Positions 52,327-64,000 of a stretch of DNA of 64,000 nucleotides are shown here, in pieces. The stretch comes from Glaucostegus cemiculus (Eukaryota), in assembly GCA_976551045.1 (NCBI GenBank), contig CDPCPM010000026.1:20522001-20586000 (forward strand), given 5' to 3'. The translations under genes were made by a program, and so were the position numbers. Numbering within the stretch: position 1 is the first letter of the stretch; each line of letters opens with the position of its first letter. Below the pieces are notes generated by a model. That model was not told the DNA's origin and ran no database searches. It saw only the letters and a program-made list of their open reading frames with translations.

Positions 52327-52504
52327 ATGCTCTTACTCCTTCTCGATCTAGCTGGGATGATGACGACAGCGGGAATGGAAGTTATTATTCACATCGATCT
52401 CAGTGGGAATCTCCATCTCCTACTCCCTCACAAAGGGATTTGGACAAGAGTGAAAGAAGTTATCGGAGTTCAGGTCGGGACACAGATAGGCGTGATAAAG
52501 AAAG
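52327..52504 (+). CDS. DHX38: DHX38 coding exon ([15 protein letters not shown]...[11 protein letters not shown])
   Basis: ttatag acceptor, ag|gtatgt donor, 178 bp. Confidence 0.93.
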
Positions 52505-53450
52505 GTATGTAAATAAGGAATACAAAACAAAAAAGCTACTTTTAAATGTAGATGGTTCTAATGGTATGATCCTGGCTGCTGTTTCAGCTTTCCAAGAAGG
52601 ACCTCTTGGGTGATGAGGGAAAAAAAACTATTGTTTATGATTGTGCTGTTGATAAAGCATCTGGCACTAGTAGTGACTGTTGCAATTATTTATTATTTAG
52701 GAACCAGCAATTTAAACATCCCGGTAGTTAAATCATCCATTGTAAGCACTTCCCCATGAGGGGTTAATGGGTAGCCAAGGCAAATAGAACAGCTATATTT
52801 GGATCTGTGTCCAAAGTGTGTTGTGCTAACTGATCTCAAATCAGGCACAGGTAGTAATTCTGCAGATGGCTTTGGTGGCTTTGAGAGAATGTTTCCCAAT
52901 TTTGAAGAATTCTCAAGGCAACTATATGATTAATGGCCACTTTACGTGAGATACCAAAGAGTGAATGTGGAATTGCAATAGAACCTAAGCTGAGAAAGTT
53001 GGTGTGGAAGAAGAAAATATAAAACAACCTTAGTCATGCTGTTTTATGTAACTCATTGTTAGTTGATGCAGCAGTAGATTGCTTTCAATATGAATACAGC
53101 CATTTGAGATGGTGTAGATTATGTTTCTCTGTGACATACAAATGCTTAATGACTGAAAGATGCTTGTTTTGTTGATGTATGTCTTGCAGTTGGAAAGCTT
53201 ACTTTGTTAGAGCCTTGCAAAATCCATATCTAGTTCTATGTGTATACATTAATTAATCAGATAATTACAGCATTCAGCAAATCAGAAGTACTGTGATTCT
53301 TCCTGTTTTGTAATGTATATGCGCCATCCTTAGATTTTATTATCTATTTTAGAGGTTTACCACCACCTGGGCAGGTAAAAATCTTAGCTAAATAGTTGAA
53401 CATGAAGAAAAAATATAGGAAATGGTATTCAGATGTCTCAATTGGTTCAG

Positions 53451-53569
53451 ATCTAGAAGGAACAATTATGAAGAGGATACACCTTTGCCAACACCATCAT
53501 ATAAATACAATGAATGGGCTGATGACAGAAGGCATCTGGGGGCAACACCGCGACTTTCCAAAGGCAAAG
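53451..53569 (+). CDS. DHX38: DHX38 coding exon ([31 protein letters not shown])
   Basis: gttcag acceptor, g|gtatag donor, 119 bp. Confidence 0.93.
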
Positions 53570-53684
53570 GTATAGTTTTGGGAACTTTTCTTGCTATTCA
53601 AATAGTTCTTTTAAAATCTTAGTAATTTCATACAAAAGTTCAAATCTGTTGGAACTAGATCTCAATGATTAGAGACCTTATCTT

Positions 53685-54645
53685 GATAGGAGCAGGAGAA
53701 GGCCTGTCCCACCATTTAATATTATCATTGCTGATCTATGCAGGCCTCAACTCTGCCATTTCTCAGTACCCTTCTATTCCTTGATCTATCAAGTGCTTGT
53801 CTATCTCCATCTTAAATACTTCTAACCACCAACTGGGGTAGAGAATTCCAGAGATTCACCACCCTCTGCGAGTAGAAATTTCTACGTACCTCAGTTTTAA
53901 ATGACCAGCCCCTTGTAGTTATGTTCCCTTGTCCAAGAATTTTCCACTAGTGAAAACATCTCAACTTCTGTCAAAGTCCCTTAGGATCTTCTGTTTGAAT
54001 AAGGTCACACCTCATTCTTCTAATCTCCAAGCAAACAGACCAAAACTATTTACTCTCTCTGGGTTGCTATTTACCCTAATTATTCTCGTAACCAAAGCTA
54101 TTTACTCTCTCAACTGAAAGACTTGACTGAGTCACAGAGTCACACAGCACAAAAACAGGTCCTTTAGCCCATTCTGACCATGCTGACCATCAAATACCAT
54201 CCATTACTAATCCCATTTGCCAGCACTTAGTCTGTAGCCTTTTATGCCTTGTAATTCAAGTGCTCATCTAGATATTTAAGATTGTAAGAGCCTGTGCCTC
54301 CACCACACTCTCAGACAGTGTGTTCCAAACTCCAATCATTTCCAAGTTAAAAGAAAATTCTTGAATGCCCTCTAAACCTCTTGGTCCTTACATTAAACCA
54401 GCTCCTTAATTCTAGATACCTCTGCTATAGGCAAAGGTTTACTTCTGTCTGCTCTATCTATGCCCCACATAATTTTGTACATCTCTTTCAGGTCCCTATC
54501 AGCCTTCTCCAATCCAAGGAAAATAAACCCTGTCTATTCAATCACTCCTCATACCTGAAACATTCCATCCAAAGTAACATTCTGGCGAATCTCCTCTGCA
54601 TCCTCTTCAGAGCAATCACATCCTTTCTACACTGAGGCAACCAAA
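53685..54645 (-). mobile_element. Two decayed CR1 3' ends in tandem
   Basis: aggagcaggagaaggcc and cacagagtcacacagcac tails; gaattccagagattcaccaccctctg is the reverse of QRVVNLWNS. Confidence 0.8.
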
Positions 54646-54888
54646 AAAAACTGTCATAGAGGTTGGAATTTTCAATGGAAAAATGAAGGCAAACATTAAT
54701 TTAGGCAGACACGCAAATTAGTAATTTGAAATGTTTGTTTATCAAGATACAGAATTTTGTGCAGAGCACATAGAAAATTTGAGTTGGAATTTTAACATAA
54801 TCAGCTTACGATTAAAAGACTTCCTTCTCCGCAGCTATGATTGTTTTGCTGTGTTAGACTAAACTGTAAACATCTCAAACCAATTTAG

Positions 54889-54965
54889 GTAGAAGGGAGG
54901 AAGGTAAAGATGGCATTTATTTTGAGAATGAAGATGAGCAAAGGCAATGGGAAGAAGATCAAAGG
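54889..54965 (+). CDS. DHX38: DHX38 coding exon (RREEGKDGIYFENEDEQRQWEEDQR)
   Basis: atttag acceptor, agg|gtaagg donor, 77 bp; translated by hand. Confidence 0.92.
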
Positions 54966-55964
54966 GTAAGGTGCATTCTTAATTTAAAAAAACTTGCAAA
55001 AAGTATTTAACATTTATTTATCTTTCGAGAATTGTTAGAATTTCTGTGCTGAGTTTTTTTTTACCTGCCACTTGTACTCTTTGTATAATGGAGAAAAAGT
55101 ATCTTTTGCTCATTTACAGTCTATGGCATCACTGACCAAGCAATTTTTTGTTCAGCCCTAATTGTTCTTTAGAAAATGATGTTGAATAGGCAGCTTTGTT
55201 CTGGATGGTATAAGCCACCTTGACTATGCTGGACCTGGATTTGTGCAGGGAAATGGAGATTAATCTGTCACACTTCTAACTTTGCTTTCTGGAGTCTTTT
55301 TTAGAGGAAAGGCTTTGTAGAGTCAGGTGGTGTCATTTGTGATAAGATAGCATTTCTGATGGTTTTGTAGCATCAATATTTATGTAGCCGATCCAATTCA
55401 TTTTCTGGCCAACGGTGATCTCTAGAATGGTGACAGTGTAGATTTTGGCAAGGATAATGCCATTGAAAATCAACTCTGGGTAGTTGGACTTTTCCTGTTA
55501 TAAGTGGATATTGCCGAGCGTTTGTGTTGTGCAAATACTGTCATTTATCCATTTTGTGCCTGAAGATCATTGAGAATCTTGATGCATTCAGAATTTGACT
55601 GCTTCGTTTTCTAAGGAGTCAGGAGTGGCATAGAGTGGTACAGCGCAGGCTCAGGCCCTTCGGCTCACCATATCTGCACTGTGAATCTAACTAATACCAA
55701 CTGCCTGTTTTGCACATGTCTGTATTCCTCAATTCCCTGTCTGTTCATGTGCCTGTCTTTAACTATTGCTATTGTATCTGCTTCTACCACCTTCCAGGCA
55801 CCTACCACACTCTGTATATAAAACACAAATTGCTGAAGATAGCTTGTGTGATGGTGAGGATCTCAGGAGGGAGCTCATGGATCTCGCTAAAGATAGCTTT
55901 GAATTCCTTAACTTTGTCCTTGACACCCAAGTAGTTGTTTGAAATTAAAGCTGTTTTTGGACCC

Positions 55965-56725
55965 TATGAACAAGATAAGTTTGGGTAGAAGTAGGCCATT
56001 ATGGCCCCTTAAGCCTGCTCTGCTATTCAGTAATGACTGATTGATCTGTGACCTCAGTATAATTTTTCTGCATGGTTGTCATAACTTTTGATTCACTCTG
56101 TAGTCTCAAATTCTATTTCAGCCTTATATATACTTAATATTTCAGCATTCACAATTCTCTACGGTAGAGAATTTTAAAAAAAATCACAGTTCTCTGAGAG
56201 TAACATTTCCTCATTTCAATCTTAAGTGGTTATTCCCTTTCCCTGACAATTTGCCTTGCCAGTTCAAGACTCCCCTACTTGAGGAAACATCCTTTCAGCA
56301 TCTACCCAATAAACTCACCTTGGAGTCTTGCAGTGTTTTAATAAGGTTGCCTCTTTCTTGCAAACTCTAATCCTGCTCGATCTCCTTATCCCAGAAATCA
56401 GTCTCGTAAATGTATGTCTATTGCCTTTAAGGCATGTATACCCATCCTTGAATAAGGAGACCAAAATAGTACACAGGTGTGATTTCACCACAGCCCTGTA
56501 CAATTGTAGCAAGATTGTTCTATGACCCCTGCAATAAAGGCCAGCATTCAATTTGCCTTCTTAGCATGGCAGGCTAGCAAGTCATTAACTTTGTTTTTCT
56601 TGCATAGGGGCATACAAGTCTCTTTGAACACCAACATATTATAGTAATGTACCATTTAAATAGTATTTTCTATTGTCCCTCCCATAAGTAATTGCCTCAA
56701 CTTTCTTACATTATACTTCATTTGT
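55965..56725 (-). mobile_element. Decayed CR1 3' portion
   Basis: ILLQLYRAVVKSHL and FTRLISGI remnants; tail agaagtaggcc. Confidence 0.8.
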
Positions 56726-56754
56726 CATAGATACTTTTTGTCCAGCTCCTAATT

Positions 56755-56945
56755 TAGAGTCGTAGAGAGATATAGCATTGAATTCTCTCCACATTCTCAT
56801 CAACTCCCATTAGATTCTACCATTTGCCTATTCACAAGGGGCAATTTACAGTGGCCAATTAACCTATCAACCTGCACATCTTTAGAATGTGGGAGGAAAC
56901 TGGAACACCTGGGGGAAACCCATGCAGTTGCAGGGAGAACTTGAA
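56755..56945 (-). mobile_element. V-SINE fragment
   Basis: gccaattaacct...tgtgggaggaaactggaacacctgggggaaacccatgcagttgcagggagaac. Confidence 0.8.
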
Positions 56946-58537
56946 TTTAGTTTACCATCTACCATTATCAGCAAACTTCTAGCCAGCTTTTAATTGTCCA
57001 CTACAACTCATGACTACAAGGAGGACAACAGAGTTTTGATCAGACTAGTTGATTATGGGACTGGTTAGGTCCACTGCACACTGCTTTTGTTTAGTATGCA
57101 TGTAAGAGTTTGCGTTGAAGCTTCAGCTTGGTACTTCATCTTTATGCAAACCTTGTTCTGCTCTTAGCGTACCCTTTTGGATCAGTTTTGGTCCTGTGGC
57201 TTAATAATAATTGTAGTTTGAGGTATATATTGCCCCTTAAGGTTGTAGATTGTGATAGGTACAGCAGAATTGCCCACAGTGCCTCATGTACCCAGTCTTG
57301 AATTGCTACTTAATACTTGCTTTGATCTTAGCAGAGTGGTAGTACCACACAACACAATGGAGGATGTCCATTCTGTGAATATGGGAGTTTGTCAAGTTAC
57401 AGACAGATGCATGTACAACAGATAGATTGGGAATACATTCAATTAGGTTTATCCTTTGCATTGATTCACTCATTACCTGCCGCAAATGAAGCCTGTCATC
57501 CATGTTGTTTAGAACTTGGCCAAATCAGTCAGTGGTAATGCTAATGAGCTACTCTTAATGATGGTATTTAAGATCCTCATCCTGGGTTCATCTGTGCCCT
57601 CTGACTTTCTCTGTATTGAATAATTAACCCAGGAGGGTGGTAGAAGTTAATCAACCAGAGTTTCTTTGGACCTCATGGATTAGGACTTAATGTGTCTGGG
57701 TTTGTTGTTGAGGACCACTCCTCTGCCTGTGTTGACGGTGCTAGTATGTTTGTCTTGTCATTGGGACAAGATGTATCCTGGGAATTTGACACAGGAATTT
57801 GAGATGTTCGCTGTATGAGTACACAGGTCAAGCAATTGCTTGACTAGCTTCTGGGCCAGCTCTCCCATTTTAAACACCAGTTACTAAATGTCTCTACTAG
57901 GCCTTTGCAAGGTCAATGCATGAGACAAAGTGCCATAAATCCAAAGAAAATACTGTGGATGCAGGAAACCTGAAATAAAAATTACAAAATCTAGGAAATA
58001 CTCAACAGATGAGTCTGCATGATTGGCAGCATTTTAGGTTAATCCCCTTTCATCAGGCTGTTAATTGTTTTTCAGTGGAAAGAAAGGAGCTTTAAACAGA
58101 GTACGATCTGAAAATTATCATGTAAAATTAAGTACGTAGAATTATTTTGCATTATGGACTTAAGGAAGAACTGCATCTGTATGGTACCCTTCACATCCTC
58201 ATGACAGCCTAAGCACATCATATTTTTGAGTTTCATTGCAATTATAATGGAGGCAAATATGCTATTAAGTGCTTTGGTCAGCAATGTCGTACAAAATTAA
58301 AATGATTAGTTGTGGGTTGCTTTTGGATAGGACACTTCTTTTGAAAAGTCCTATGGATTTCTCTAGGCTGAGCAATTAGCATGGTTTAAGGTTTAGAAAG
58401 ACAACACTTGTCATCATACAGCAGTCCAAATTGTGGTTGTAGGGTGGTGGTGAAGGAAAACTTAATTTTCAGTTTTATTTGATAAATGATCATAATATTG
58501 TTGTATCTTGTTGGTTGTGTGTTTGAAATTTCTGTAG

Positions 58538-58693
58538 CAAGCAGATCGAGATTGGTACATGATGGATGAAGGACATGATGACTTTCACAATCCTCTGGCA
58601 TATACTTCAGAAGAATATGTGAAGAAACGGGAACAATTATTGCAAAAACAGACTCAGAAGAGAATTTCTGCTCAGAAGAGACAAATTAATGAG
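58538..58693 (+). CDS. DHX38: DHX38 coding exon ([19 protein letters not shown]...[11 protein letters not shown])
   Basis: ctgtag acceptor, gag|gtacag donor, 156 bp. Confidence 0.95.
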
Positions 58694-58887
58694 GTACAGG
58701 TGATATGTTAAATTTATCTGCCAGCCCAGTTTGTTGAAAGCTTCCAGAAAAAGATGTACAAAATATAAACCTATTCCTGAACATTTCTAGAATATGCAAT
58801 TTTAAGATGCACAAACCAACCAAAAACTCACTTAAGGTTATATTTTAAGAATCTCATAGGTATTAACTTGTGGTGTTAGCTTACTAT

Positions 58888-59260
58888 GCCGAAGTCAAAG
58901 TTGAGTTTATTTTCATATCCACAAGTACATGTATGCACATGTGCAATGAAAAACTTACTTGCAGCAGCATTACAGGCATATAGCATTATATAAGCAGCAT
59001 TCAGAAGAACAACATAAATTAAACATAAGTTGTACACAATTTTTACCAGAAAACACAATTAGAACAAAAAAAGACAAGTCCATTACAAGTGTAAAGTAGT
59101 CATAATGTTCCTAACTGTAGTGATTAGAGTTTTGTTGGTTGGTTCAAGAACCGAATGGTTGAAGGGAAGTAGCTGTTCTTGAACCCAGTAGTGTAGGATT
59201 TCAGGCTTCTGTACTTCCTGCTCGGTGGCACCTGTGAGACGATGGCATGGTTTGGATGAT
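58888..59260 (-). mobile_element. Rex1/Babar-like 3' end (second family)
   Basis: Reverse reads RKYRSLKSYTTGFKNSYFPSTIRFLN; tail aaactcaactttgacttc. Confidence 0.8.
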
Positions 59261-59535
59261 AGTTCACGTTTGTCAAAAGCTATTGATAGTCATCAAGAAC
59301 TTGCAGTTTTGTAAAATATTTGGCTAACTGCTTCCCATTTTCTTCCACATTGCATTCAAGTACTTACAGTATGTGAGTTAGGTTTCAGTTTCATTAGATT
59401 CTTACTGCAGCTGAGATATACTTTGTTAAAATGGTAGTCTGCACCTTTACATTTAATTACATTAACCTGCTATAGTATCATTGATACAAGAGCATGTCAG
59501 AATTTAATTCTTGTTGTCAAATGACTGTTTTGTAG

Positions 59536-59709
<174 letters not shown>

Positions 59710-59849
59710 TGAAACTGTATTAGACAGCTGTATTATTCTCAAAATTTTTGGATAGACCAAAATCGAGTTCTAAACCTGTCTCTGTATAGTGTAATGTCGG
59801 AGCTGAGATTAAACAGAGCATAGATTTATGAGAGGAAAATCACATTCGA

Positions 59850-60965
59850 TTAATTAATAGATCTTTGAGGAGGTGATGATGGAATACATGTGGGAAACCA
59901 ATGGCTGTAGTGTATTTGATTTTCATAAGGCTTATAGATAAGGTCTCACACAGGAGGTTGGTCAACAGGGTCCTACCAGGGATTGATAATTGATTATCGG
60001 ACAGGAAACAAGAAGTGGGAATAAATGGATCTGTCTCATGCTGGCAGACTGTGACCAGTAGGGTATGGTAGGAATCAGTGCTTGGGCTCTGGCTGTTTAT
60101 GATCCAGATTAGCGATTTGCCTGAGGAGACCAAATGTTAAGTTTCCAAGTTTGGTGATGATACCAAACTAGGTGTGTTTGTAAATATGGAGGAAGTTTCA
60201 AGAGGACATTGACAAATTTATTGGGTGGGTAAAAATATGGCTGATGTACTATGTGGAAAAGTCTGAAGTTATCCATTTTGGTGTATATGATAGAAAAACA
60301 ATATCTTTTAAATGGTGAATATTGGTGCTCAAAGGGAATTAGATGTTCTTGTACGCAAGTTACTGAAAGGCAATACAATGGTGAAACAAGTGATTAGGAA
60401 GACAAATGGTACGTTGGCCTTTATTGCAAGAGGATTTGAGTACAGGGGTAAATATGGTTTGCTGCAATTGAATAGGACCTTGGTGAAACTGCACCTGGAG
60501 TTTTGGTGACAAAGGGGATATATTTGACATTGAGGGATCACAGTGAAGATTCAGTGGATAAATGCCAGGGATGGTGGATGAGCAGTAAATGGAGAGATTG
60601 AGTAGACAAAACTGTATTCTGCAGAATTCAGATACCTGCAAAATTCTAACATGGCTTGGCAAGCAGGGTGCTGGGATTATGTTTCCACTGGCTGAGGAAT
60701 CGAGAAGTAGGGGGTGACAGTCTTAGAATAAGTGGTAGGTCATTTAAGATTGTGAAATAAAGCTCTTCACTCAGCCGTCGATGAATTTTTGGAACTTTCT
60801 ACTTAAGAGCTTTAGAGTGCTTGGTCATTTACTTTATTCTAAGCAGAGTAATCAATTTCTGAACATAAGGAAATCCAGGGATATGGGAATAGTAGAAGAA
60901 AATGGCAAAGCAGCCATGATCTTGATGAATGATGGGCCAAATGGTGTACTCCTGAACCTAATTCT
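59850..60965 (+). mobile_element. Decayed CR1 (RT to 3' tail) ending immediately before a DHX38 acceptor
   Basis: VVYLIF..DKVSH, VSKFGDDTKLG, LAFIARGFEYR..LVKLHLE; tail gatgggccaaatggtgtactcctgaacctaattctt. Confidence 0.88.
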
Positions 60966-60985
60966 TCTTCTGCTTTTTCCTGCAG

Positions 60986-61093
60986 CCTGAGCCAGTGATT
61001 CCAGTGAAAGATGCCACATCGGACATGGCAATCATCTCTCGAAAAGGAAGCCAGCTAGTGCGTAGGCACCGTGAACAGAAGGAGCGCAAAAAG
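60986..61093 (+). CDS. DHX38: DHX38 coding exon ([36 protein letters not shown]); gene continues past the window
   Basis: ctgcag acceptor, aag|gtaagt donor, 108 bp. Confidence 0.96.
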
Positions 61094-61789
61094 GTAAGTA
61101 GATGGAGATAATGTATTGCTATTTTGAGGTGCATGGAAGAGTTTTTTGCAGGGTGAGAGGGGTAGGTTCTTTTAAAATGTGAAATTTGAATATGAACATA
61201 AAGTTTGTAATTAAGAAGCCTTTTAACTGTAGAGAATTTTCACTGATTCAAGATTTGAAGTGTGTGTTTCTTTGTTTAAATTATTAAAAAAATACTTGCA
61301 TGTAAACTTTGAAATGTCCACTGAAAATCTTCTAATTGTATGGCATTACAGTGATAAACACAATGTGACCTATTTGGCTTCTGATTACTATAGGGATATA
61401 TTTGGAGGACACCTGGAACTATATTAGTTATTTTGCGAAGCACCCTGGAGTTACCCCCCATTATTTCTGGGTACATTCTTGTACAGAGCTATGATGTCTC
61501 AGGCCTGCAATCCTGGTATAGCTATCTAAGGTTTTACCATGAAATATATTGCTCTTTACACTAGCAAGTCCTGTTAATTCATTCCTCATGGGATTTGCCA
61601 CCTCAGTAAATTTATGTAAAAATGGCAGGTTTATATTGCTCCTTTATGATCACGGGTTAAGCCTTTATGTTTCAATTTTCCCTTTGTCATGTTATTCTGT
61701 TTATGAAGCTGGCTGGTTGATTGATTAATTAAGATAGGTAGCAAGAGAAAAACAAACACACAAAAGAACATGTAAAGTTGTGAAATGCA

Positions 61790-62150
61790 GGTCGGGACAG
61801 TTGCAAAGAACTGAAGCCAAAAGGAGAATGTCGGAAATGCTCAGCAGATCAGCCAGAGTCTGTGGAGAGTGAAAAACTGAGTTAGTGTTACAGATGGATA
61901 ACCTAACAGCAGTACTGGCCAGTTCTGATACAAACAGACAAAGTAATTTTCTTGAAATTGTTGAGTTTAATATTGAATCCCAAAGGCTGTAATATGCTCA
62001 GATGTAAGATGATGCATTGTTCATCAAGCTTGCATTGAGTCTTGTTGGAACAGTCAGTAGGCCATACATGAGAGTGAAATGGAGAATTAAATTAATGGGC
62101 AATTAGAAGTTCTCCAGGTCACCACTGTGCCTTGAATGAAGGTCCCCTGC
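61790..62150 (-). mobile_element. Penelope-like (Neptune-type) GIY-YIG C-terminus + pLTR relic
   Basis: Reverse reads TQCKLDEQCIILHLSILQPLGFNIKLNNFK, like 'RKLEEQHLIFRLGTLQP.GLNIEFNNF'. Confidence 0.7.
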
Positions 62151-62169
62151 ATTTGTTATCTTCATCACA

Positions 62170-62295
62170 GAGGTGGCACAGCTACTAGAGCTGTGGCTTC
62201 ACAGCGCCAGAGACTTGGTCAATCCTGATCTCGGGTGCAGTCTATGCAGCTTCCCTCTCTCCCTCTCCGTGCGCGTGCGTCTCTCTCTCTCTCCA
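62170..62295 (+). mobile_element. V-SINE tRNA-like head followed by (CT)n
   Basis: gtggcacagctactagagctgtggcttcacagcgccagagacttggtcaatcctgatctcgggtgcagtct. Confidence 0.7.
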
Positions 62296-64000
62296 TTATA
62301 AATACTTAATGTGCAGTATATTCTCAGTGATCTGGCATGCATAGGGTATGCCAGTTACATGAGAATTCCTCAAAAAATAAACATTACTGTACATTGCACA
62401 CTACTATGCATAAGCCTTTGAATAAATAGCTGAACTATATGCTATTTTCTTTTCCTTTTAAATAACAATGTTTCAGGGTGAAATTCTATATTTTAAGTCT
62501 AACCAGTATTAATGTAGAATACAGAAAAAAGAATAAAATGAATGGCTGTATTCACAGTCACGTGAGGTACCAAATCTTCAAAGAGGATGTTACTGCTAAT
62601 CAGCCTAGACCTGCAAAGCCCTGATGTATAAGTTAAATCAACTAAAAATGCCTTTTCACACTTATTTTGCATAATGAAATAAAATTCATTATTAGCTTTG
62701 ATTTTATGAAAAGTAAATTCAATCTCATATGGGTTATGCGTAGACTTTTAGGCCTAGGCTTGGGTACCATTTAAACTTAAAAAAAATCTAAATTATGTTG
62801 TGCTTTTGACATTTATTCTAGTGGCATTTCATGAGGTTCAACAGAACTTTTGTGAGTCAAACTTGAAGGCTGAGGAAATTTAGGCTTGCTAACTTCTTGA
62901 GTAGGTCCTTTACATTGACTTGTTTGCATGCCTTCCATCTCTCATGTAAAAGTGTAAATGAAGAAGGTGAAACCGCATTATAGTTTGAGCAGAAAAGCAA
63001 TTTCCTTACTCAGTGAGTTTCAACATATTTTCAAATCCTTTGGCAGCAATTTTCCAACAGACTTTCTCGTTTGGCCTTCACCTTCATTATTTTCATGCCG
63101 GTGCAATATTTACATATTATATTGTGCCCTGATCCATAGGCTGAATTAAGCTTGTCACATTGTCAGGGAGAAAAATAATAATATTTCCATACACAAGTTC
63201 TTCTGCAGGAGAATAATTGCGGAGTTATCTAACAAAAGCATGACTATGCTATCTTCAGGCAGTCCTTTCGTTCATAAATGTTCTTTTATGCTCAGTGCAA
63301 AAACTTGATACCACAAAATAAAAGTTCCTGCAGCCATCCAGGCATTACTTTGAGATTTATAATCTGAGTGATGCCTTTAAAATATCTTGTCTCTGAATAC
63401 TTCTCGATAACAAGCAACTTCACTTGATGTCTGTGGCATTCGATTAAGTGACCTTTGTTTTGTTTAAAAGCATGCACAATATTTTTGTTCATAACCAGCT
63501 AAGATTATGTATGGGAGGCAGCACTACTTTATCCCAGTTTCATCAGCATGATTGATTTACTCAGCAGTCAGATCATGTTCAATAACTAAATTCTTAAAAG
63601 CTTCTCAAAATGCCTCTGCCTCTTTTGTATTGGTAGATACCTGTTTGCCAGAGGTTTCTGGTGTTCAAACTCAAGCTGAATCTTGCAACAAGTGAGCCAT
63701 TCCTGAGAAAAGGCATATGGCTTTGTGATTTTCATTTTTCATTTTGTCGTAGAACCCCTTGGCTTTTTTCACCAGCATTGTCCCTGAGCTATCCTCCAAC
63801 TTCTAAGGAAAACCAGTCAAATAAATCATGCTCAAGAGATCATCAATCTTTACTTTATGTATTGCATGGCACTTTTCAACAAACTTATCTCTCTGAGTTC
63901 AGGAAGAACTCTTTAAGCTTTGTGGTTTAATGTCATAAATTATTGAGGAACCAATGTTGAATTCTTTTACAAGAACAACAGGATTTTCACTTTTTTTCCA

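Noticed and set aside
61094-64000. Next DHX38 exon or another gene
   Set aside because: No exon matching the expected continuation (AQHKHWELAG-like) was seen; the region appears intronic.

Overview
AT-rich, repeat-dense vertebrate genomic DNA. The repeat complement (CR1 tails, V-SINEs, Deu-SINEs, Penelope pLTR fragments, Rex1/Babar ends) points to a cartilaginous fish, probably a batoid (inference). Three spliced genes are present. (1) The last seven coding exons of the HECT E3 ligase WWP2 (+, 1191-13670). (2) A complete 7-exon PSMD7/Rpn8 (-, 39073-29679, 318 aa). (3) The first nine coding exons of the splicing helicase DHX38/PRP16 (+, 44559-61093, continuing beyond the window). PSMD7 and DHX38 are head-to-head around a single CpG island at ~38.8-39.55 kb. 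Most ORF-track entries are spurious or decayed retroelement fragments. The most notable observations are: the PSMD7/DHX38 head-to-head arrangement; a near full-length decayed RTE LINE 250 bp after the WWP2 stop; several degenerate Penelope-type hammerhead ribozyme motifs; a GC-AG intron in DHX38; an exact 33-bp duplicated microexon-like unit in a DHX38 intron; and a DHX38 acceptor whose likely branch point comes from a CR1 tail. I found no convincing new multi-gene system. Exon coordinates were read base by base; repeat boundaries are approximate.
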